Assembly (NCBI GenBank): GCA_016195565.1
Contig: JACPZK010000002.1
Location: forward strand, 44,422 to 108,421
DNA length: 64,000 bases
Reading direction: 5' to 3'
From: Nitrospirota bacterium
GTDB taxonomy: Bacteria > Nitrospirota > Thermodesulfovibrionia > Thermodesulfovibrionales > UBA1546
Every line of letters begins with the position of its first letter. The first letter of the stretch is position 1. A program made the position numbers and the translations under genes. The notes below the pieces were generated by a model. The model was not told where the DNA came from and did not search any database. It saw nothing but the letters and a program-made list of their open reading frames with translations. Shown here one piece after another: positions 59,401 through 64,000 of the stretch.

Positions 59401-59465
59401 GTCATTGCGAGCTGAAAGCGAAGCAATCTCTCTTAGATTGCCACGGGCTTCGTCCTCGCAATGAC
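59401..59465. repeat. GTCATTGCGAG...CTCGCAATGAC palindrome between rnfD and rnfG
   Basis: Same family as 13417, 40330 and 50443. Confidence 0.88.
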
Positions 59466-59474
59466 ATTGAAGGT

Positions 59475-60521
59475 TCATTTCTTTTTCTCCTTCACCGCAC
59501 CGAAGACATCGGATTTCATGGCCCTGTCAATCAAAGGAGCAAAACAGTTCATAAGAAGGATTGCAAACATAACGCCTTCAGGATAGCCGCCTTTTATCCT
59601 TATGAGCATTGTGAGCGCACCGCAGCCTATTCCGAATACTATCTGCCCCTTTCTTACAGAGGGGCATGTCACATAGTCGGTTGCCATGAAGAATGCGCCG
59701 AGCATAAGGCCGCCGCTCAAAAGGTGTATCAAAGGGTCGCCTGCGAAGAGGAGCATCTTTCCTGTCTCAGGGCTTTTGCCTCCGAATATCCATGCAAGCA
59801 CGGCAACTGTCCCCAAGAATGAAAAAGGAATGTGCCATGTGATGTATCTCTTGTAAAGCAGGAATCCCGCGCCGATTAATAATGCCAGCACTGATGTCTC
59901 GCCGATGGAGCCTGCCCTGTGCCCGTTAAAAAGTTCTGCGTAAAGATTAAGCTTATCGCCGAAGGCCTCGATTAATTTTGCAAGCCCGTCTTCCTTTAAT
60001 ATTCCGAGGGGAGTTGCGGTTGTCTTTGCGTCAAGAGCCAGAAATGCCGCTGTGGGCTCTGTCCAGATAGTCATTGCCTTCGGGAATGAGATTAAAAGAA
60101 AAGCCCTGCCAATGAGCGCAGGGTTAAAGATATTGTATCCGAGTCCTCCGAAAAATTGTTTTGTTATGACCACTGCAATAACTGAACCGATTATCGGGAC
60201 ATGGATTGTGAACGGATTAAACGACCACAGCGACGAAGGAAGGTTCATGCCGAGCAGTAACCCTGTGAGAAATGCGCTTCCGTCATTGACAGTCAGTTTC
60301 TTTTTGACGGCTTTCTGGAAGAAATACTCTGAAAGGACTGATGATATTATGCATAAGGCAGTAATAAAGAGCGCCTTTAAGCCGAAGAAATAAAAACCCA
60401 TGAAGAATGCAGGAAGCAGAGACAGGTTCACGGTCCACATGATGCGGCTTGTAGTCTCTTCATCCCTGACATGAGGGCTTACAGTTACTATCAGTTCATG
60501 TTCTTTCTTTACAGGTTCCAT
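59475..60521 (-). CDS. rnfD: Rnf complex subunit D
   Basis: SPH, GGLGYNIFNPA, TATPL, GSIGETS and FFMATD; the tracked start at 60551 comes from a palindrome, likely start 60521. Confidence 0.94.
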   Translation of the reverse strand: MEPVKKEHELIVTVSPHVRDEETTSRIMWTVNLSLLPAFFMGFYFFGLKALFITALCIISSVLSEYFFQKAVKKKLTVNDGSAFLTGLLLGMNLPSSLWSFNPFTIHVPIIGSVIAVVITKQFFGGLGYNIFNPALIGRAFLLISFPKAMTIWTEPTAAFLALDAKTTATPLGILKEDGLAKLIEAFGDKLNLYAELFNGHRAGSIGETSVLALLIGAGFLLYKRYITWHIPFSFLGTVAVLAWIFGGKSPETGKMLLFAGDPLIHLLSGGLMLGAFFMATDYVTCPSVRKGQIVFGIGCGALTMLIRIKGGYPEGVMFAILLMNCFAPLIDRAMKSDVFGAVKEKKK

Positions 60522-60546
60522 CGCATCTCCGATTACCTTAATTTCT

Positions 60547-60613
60547 GTCATTCCGCACTTGATGCGGAATCTATGTTTTTTCCTCTCTGGATTCCTGCTT
60601 TCGCAGGAATGAC
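60547..60613. repeat. Palindromic element, GTCATTCC...GGAATGAC family, between rnfC and rnfD
   Basis: First 25 nt identical to the 8437 copy. Confidence 0.9.
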
Positions 60614-60640
60614 AACAGACAACTATTTTTTAAACCATCT

Positions 60641-61951
60641 TCATGGTTTTGTCAGCGACTTTGCCAGTCTTATAAATTGTACAATCGGCCTTTTTGAAGG
60701 GCATACAAACGCGCATGAGCCGCATTCAAAACAGTCAAAAAGGTTATATTCCTTTGCATCCTCGTAATGTCCCTTCTCAGAAAGGATGCTCAACATTGAC
60801 GGCATAAGGCCCATAGGGCATATATCAATGCACCTTCCGCACCTTATGCAGGGCCCGAATTCTTCAGTGTGCACAACGCCTTCCTTAGGAATAACAAGTA
60901 TTCCTGAGGTGCCTTTTGTCACAGGCACATCAAGCGTTGAAAGGGCAAAGCCCATCATCGGGCCGCCAGACACTACCTTGCCTGCGCTGTCTTTAAAGCC
61001 GCCGCACTGATCAACAATATCAGAGATGAGCATGCCTATCTTTACCATTAAATTCGCAGGGGTTTTTATGCCTTCTCCTGTTACAGTAACGACTCTTTCT
61101 ATCAAAGGCTTGCCGTATCTTGCCGCTTCATATACAGCAAGCGCAGTTCCCACGTTCTGCACCACAACCCTGACATCCATCGGAAGCCCTCTCGGTGGAA
61201 CTTCTCTTCCGGTGAGAGCGCTTATAAGCATTTTTTCAGCGCCCTGCGGATACTTAACTTCAAGCCCGCAGACTTCAATGTTCGGCTCATTCTTTGCCGC
61301 ATCTTTCATCTTATCAATCGCATCGGGTTTGTTGTTCTCAATCCCGATAAATCCTTTATTCACTCCGAGGATGCGCATGAGTATTTTCAGGCCTTCAACT
61401 ATATCGCTGGATTTTTCGAGCATCAGCCTGTAATCAGCGGTAAGATAGGGCTCGCACTCAGCGCCGTTAATAATTATTGTATCAATCGGTTTTTCTTTCG
61501 GAGGAGAGAGCTTAACAAGCGTCGGAAAAGCAGCGCCGCCCATGCCGACAATTCCGGCAGCCTTTACCTTTTCTTTCAGTTCATCGGCAGACAGTTTGAT
61601 GTAATCAGGATTATCTTTAAGGGAAGTCCATTCTTCTTTGCAGTCATTCTCTATAACTATGGAATTTACCATCCTGCCCATTGTATTCGGAAATTCCGCT
61701 ATTGCAATCACCTTTCCTGAAACGGATGAGTGGACAGGCGCTGATACAAAGCCTCCGGGCTCTCCGATGACTTCGCCTTTTTTGACTTCCTGTCCGATGC
61801 TGACTATGGGTTTGCACGGCGCTCCGAGGTGCTGGCTTAAAGGAATGACGACTCTCTGCGGGGATTTTGCTTCTTTAATGGCACTGTCTTTTGCAATGTC
61901 TTTCTTATCAGGCGGATGTATGCCGCCTTTAAATGTTGCAAGAGCCATCAT
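60641..61951 (-). CDS. rnfC: Rnf complex subunit C
   Basis: FKGGIHP, GMGGAAFPT, NGAECEPY, CIRCGRC and CFECGSC; GGAGG RBS before 61951. Confidence 0.96.
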   Translation of the reverse strand: MMALATFKGGIHPPDKKDIAKDSAIKEAKSPQRVVIPLSQHLGAPCKPIVSIGQEVKKGEVIGEPGGFVSAPVHSSVSGKVIAIAEFPNTMGRMVNSIVIENDCKEEWTSLKDNPDYIKLSADELKEKVKAAGIVGMGGAAFPTLVKLSPPKEKPIDTIIINGAECEPYLTADYRLMLEKSSDIVEGLKILMRILGVNKGFIGIENNKPDAIDKMKDAAKNEPNIEVCGLEVKYPQGAEKMLISALTGREVPPRGLPMDVRVVVQNVGTALAVYEAARYGKPLIERVVTVTGEGIKTPANLMVKIGMLISDIVDQCGGFKDSAGKVVSGGPMMGFALSTLDVPVTKGTSGILVIPKEGVVHTEEFGPCIRCGRCIDICPMGLMPSMLSILSEKGHYEDAKEYNLFDCFECGSCAFVCPSKRPIVQFIRLAKSLTKP

Positions 61952-62155
61952 GAAATTCCTCCACATTTTAGTAGTTAGTGTCAGCGTAGAGTGTCGGTTT
62001 TAAAAATTACTGACACTGGCACTAATCACTGGCGCTACCGCGGGGCAAAAAGCCTACAATTAATAACATTAAAAATAGAAATATGTCAAGAGTTGTGATA
62101 AAATGGCGGTGAAATTGATTGATTTTATAAACCCCCAAGAAATAGGAGAAGGAAA

Positions 62156-63409
62156 ATGGTTAAAAGAAAATTTTCAGGCATTTTGATTTTGGGTTTGGTT
62201 TTTGCACTTGCAGGCGGGATTGACACTCAGGCACAGCAGGGTGGGAAATCCCTCAACGTGTTGATAGGAGAGCTTAAAGGGTCGAAGGATAAAGAGGAAA
62301 AGTCAGAATACTTAGAACTGCTTAGAGAAACTACGCCAAAAACAGCAAAAGAAATACAGTTGCTAATGGATTTGCTTGATGACGAAGATGTGGAGAATAA
62401 ATGTGTTGCTATGGAAGTTCTGGGGAAAATAAGAGAAAAAAAGGCGGTCCCTAAAATAATTAAAAACTTAAAGCATAAAGACGACAAAGTGAAGGCGATA
62501 GCAGCCATGATGTTAGGAGAAATTGGTGACGAAAGAGCTATTGAACCTTTATTAGAAAATCCTGATCTCATGATATTGGAGTTTGGACAAAGCCCCTTGG
62601 CAAAGATAGGCGCACCTGCCTTGCCTAAACTTATTAAATTGGCGAAGGAAAAAAGTTTGTTAGGACTTCTCCCGAAACAGCCGGAAAAAGACAGAAGAAG
62701 TAAAAATGCAGCTTATGCTATAGGGAAAATGAGAGATAGGAATGCAATACCCACACTGATGACACTGCTGCATGAAGAAGATAATGATTTAAGGTTAGCG
62801 GCCGTTCAAGCGCTTGCTGCAATGGATGTTAAGGAAGCATATCCGGATTTTGAAAGGATGCTGAAAGATAAAGACAATGTCGTACGTATCGCTACGCTTT
62901 ATGCATTAGTAAAAGCCAATAAAGAAAAGTACCTTCCGACTGCAATGGAACTTTTAGATAAAGAGGACAAAGGTGTTTTATGGAGCGTTGTAGAGCTAAT
63001 AGGAAACCTAAAAGAAAAAGGCGCAATTCCGAAGCTGGAAAAATTACTTGAACATAAAGATGGATCTATGCGCCATCAGGCGGCACGGGCCTTATGGAAA
63101 ATAACAGGCAAGGTTTATAAATATAAGAAGGACAGTACGATTGAATCAGAAGATTTTTCATTTAAACAGAATATTAAAAATATAATAAAAAGGGATAAAG
63201 TTACATTAGAGTTTTTTGAAAAAGACAGACAAAAGCTAGGAGAAGAACAATATAATCGGTTAAAAAAACAACACAGTAAAGAACATCTTAAAGGAAAAAT
63301 AGATAGGGAACTTAAAAGAGCACAAGAAAGAGGCTATTTATTAGAATATTCATTGGATGAGTTAATAAAAGAGATTGAATCGTCAGGGGATAAGTATGAC
63401 TACAAATAA
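62156..63409 (+). CDS. Exported HEAT/PBS-lyase repeat protein
   Basis: Signal peptide, repeated LG.I....A.P.L...L...D..VR..A units. Confidence 0.85.
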   Translation: MVKRKFSGILILGLVFALAGGIDTQAQQGGKSLNVLIGELKGSKDKEEKSEYLELLRETTPKTAKEIQLLMDLLDDEDVENKCVAMEVLGKIREKKAVPKIIKNLKHKDDKVKAIAAMMLGEIGDERAIEPLLENPDLMILEFGQSPLAKIGAPALPKLIKLAKEKSLLGLLPKQPEKDRRSKNAAYAIGKMRDRNAIPTLMTLLHEEDNDLRLAAVQALAAMDVKEAYPDFERMLKDKDNVVRIATLYALVKANKEKYLPTAMELLDKEDKGVLWSVVELIGNLKEKGAIPKLEKLLEHKDGSMRHQAARALWKITGKVYKYKKDSTIESEDFSFKQNIKNIIKRDKVTLEFFEKDRQKLGEEQYNRLKKQHSKEHLKGKIDRELKRAQERGYLLEYSLDELIKEIESSGDKYDYK

Positions 63410-64000
63410 AACTGTAAAAACAATCTTAATACTTTTCTTTTTGATTTTCCCCTTTACAGTGTACGCATGGAACAGCATAGGGGATGAAAACCACAGACAC
63501 ATTACAAACGATGCAATCAATGATTTGGGAATATATGATTATCCTGATCTTGATATGTATAGAGGAATGTATGGAGGTAACGGCGTAGTTGAGGGAAGCG
63601 CTACCGAAGGATCGCATACCGATCCAAGAACGGGCATTGAGTATTGGGAAGGTCCTTATAAGTACTGGGAAGATACGGCTAAGAACAATTATAAGGCTTC
63701 AAACTTCAGAAATGCTTATGATTATTTCGGCTATTATTTGCATCTCAGACAGGATATGTTTGTTCCGGCCCATCAGAAACAATGTGCTCATTGGGTCTGG
63801 GGCCATTGGACTGACAGTCTGGAGTCTTTTGCAGATTCGAACCACGTTTACTCTCCAGGTACAATATCTTCGTGGGGCGGATATGATAATAAAGGCCGCT
63901 ATTGGAAATATTGGCTTGCCGACAACGAGGACGATGATGATGGCGATGAAACTACTGCCGACGTAAACGATTCTTCTCAGAAAGACGGGCCGAACTCTTA
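63396..64000 (+). CDS. Secreted Zn-dependent phospholipase C / P1-nuclease-fold protein (truncated by window end)
   Basis: Open frame MTTNKTVKTILILFFLIFPFTVYA-WNSIGDENHRHIT...GYYLHLRQDMFVPAH...LE; no stop before 64000; overlaps the upstream stop. Confidence 0.7.
   Translation, partial: MTTNKTVKTILILFFLIFPFTVYAWNSIGDENHRHITNDAINDLGIYDYPDLDMYRGMYGGNGVVEGSATEGSHTDPRTGIEYWEGPYKYWEDTAKNNYKASNFRNAYDYFGYYLHLRQDMFVPAHQKQCAHWVWGHWTDSLESFADSNHVYSPGTISSWGGYDNKGRYWKYWLADNEDDDDGDETTADVNDSSQKDGPNS

Noticed and set aside
63589-63966. Tracked 125-aa ORF
   Set aside because: Alternative frame of the better-supported open-ended CDS starting at 63396.

Overview
Chromosomal window from a bacterium of moderate GC. 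Gene content and protein style suggest an anaerobic Nitrospirota (Thermodesulfovibrionia-like) or deltaproteobacteria-like organism; this is inference, not a search result. Most genes are housekeeping: metG, recR, mnmG, bamD, rpoD-dnaG, accA-dnaE, degP, ispDF, truB, pilMNOPQ, aroCKB, selB, pdxA, purL, purF, rnfCDGEAB, tRNA-Leu(CAA) and tRNA-Ser(UGA). The ORF track misses or splits three genes: (1) an exported DsbC-like selenoprotein with an in-frame UGA in a U-P-F-C active site, a SECIS-like hairpin just downstream, an N-terminal CxxCH motif, and selB in the same window; (2) a YacP/Rae1-like NYN nuclease that can only start at ATT or ATA; (3) a secreted Zn-phospholipase C/P1-nuclease-fold protein running off the window end, behind a secreted HEAT-repeat protein. 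Other notable structure includes a four-gene operon joining c-di-GMP enzymes to a STAND-like ATPase/anti-sigma-kinase fusion and a STAS protein, and an accessory array before purL delimited by three copies of a promoter-like repeat. A ~290-nt element between dnaG and its upstream gene folds with G-U pairs on the antisense strand. Several apparently leaderless genes are present. Palindromic elements and 6-8-mer tandem repeats are dense, and some have become in-frame insertions in PurL, AroC, MetG and others.
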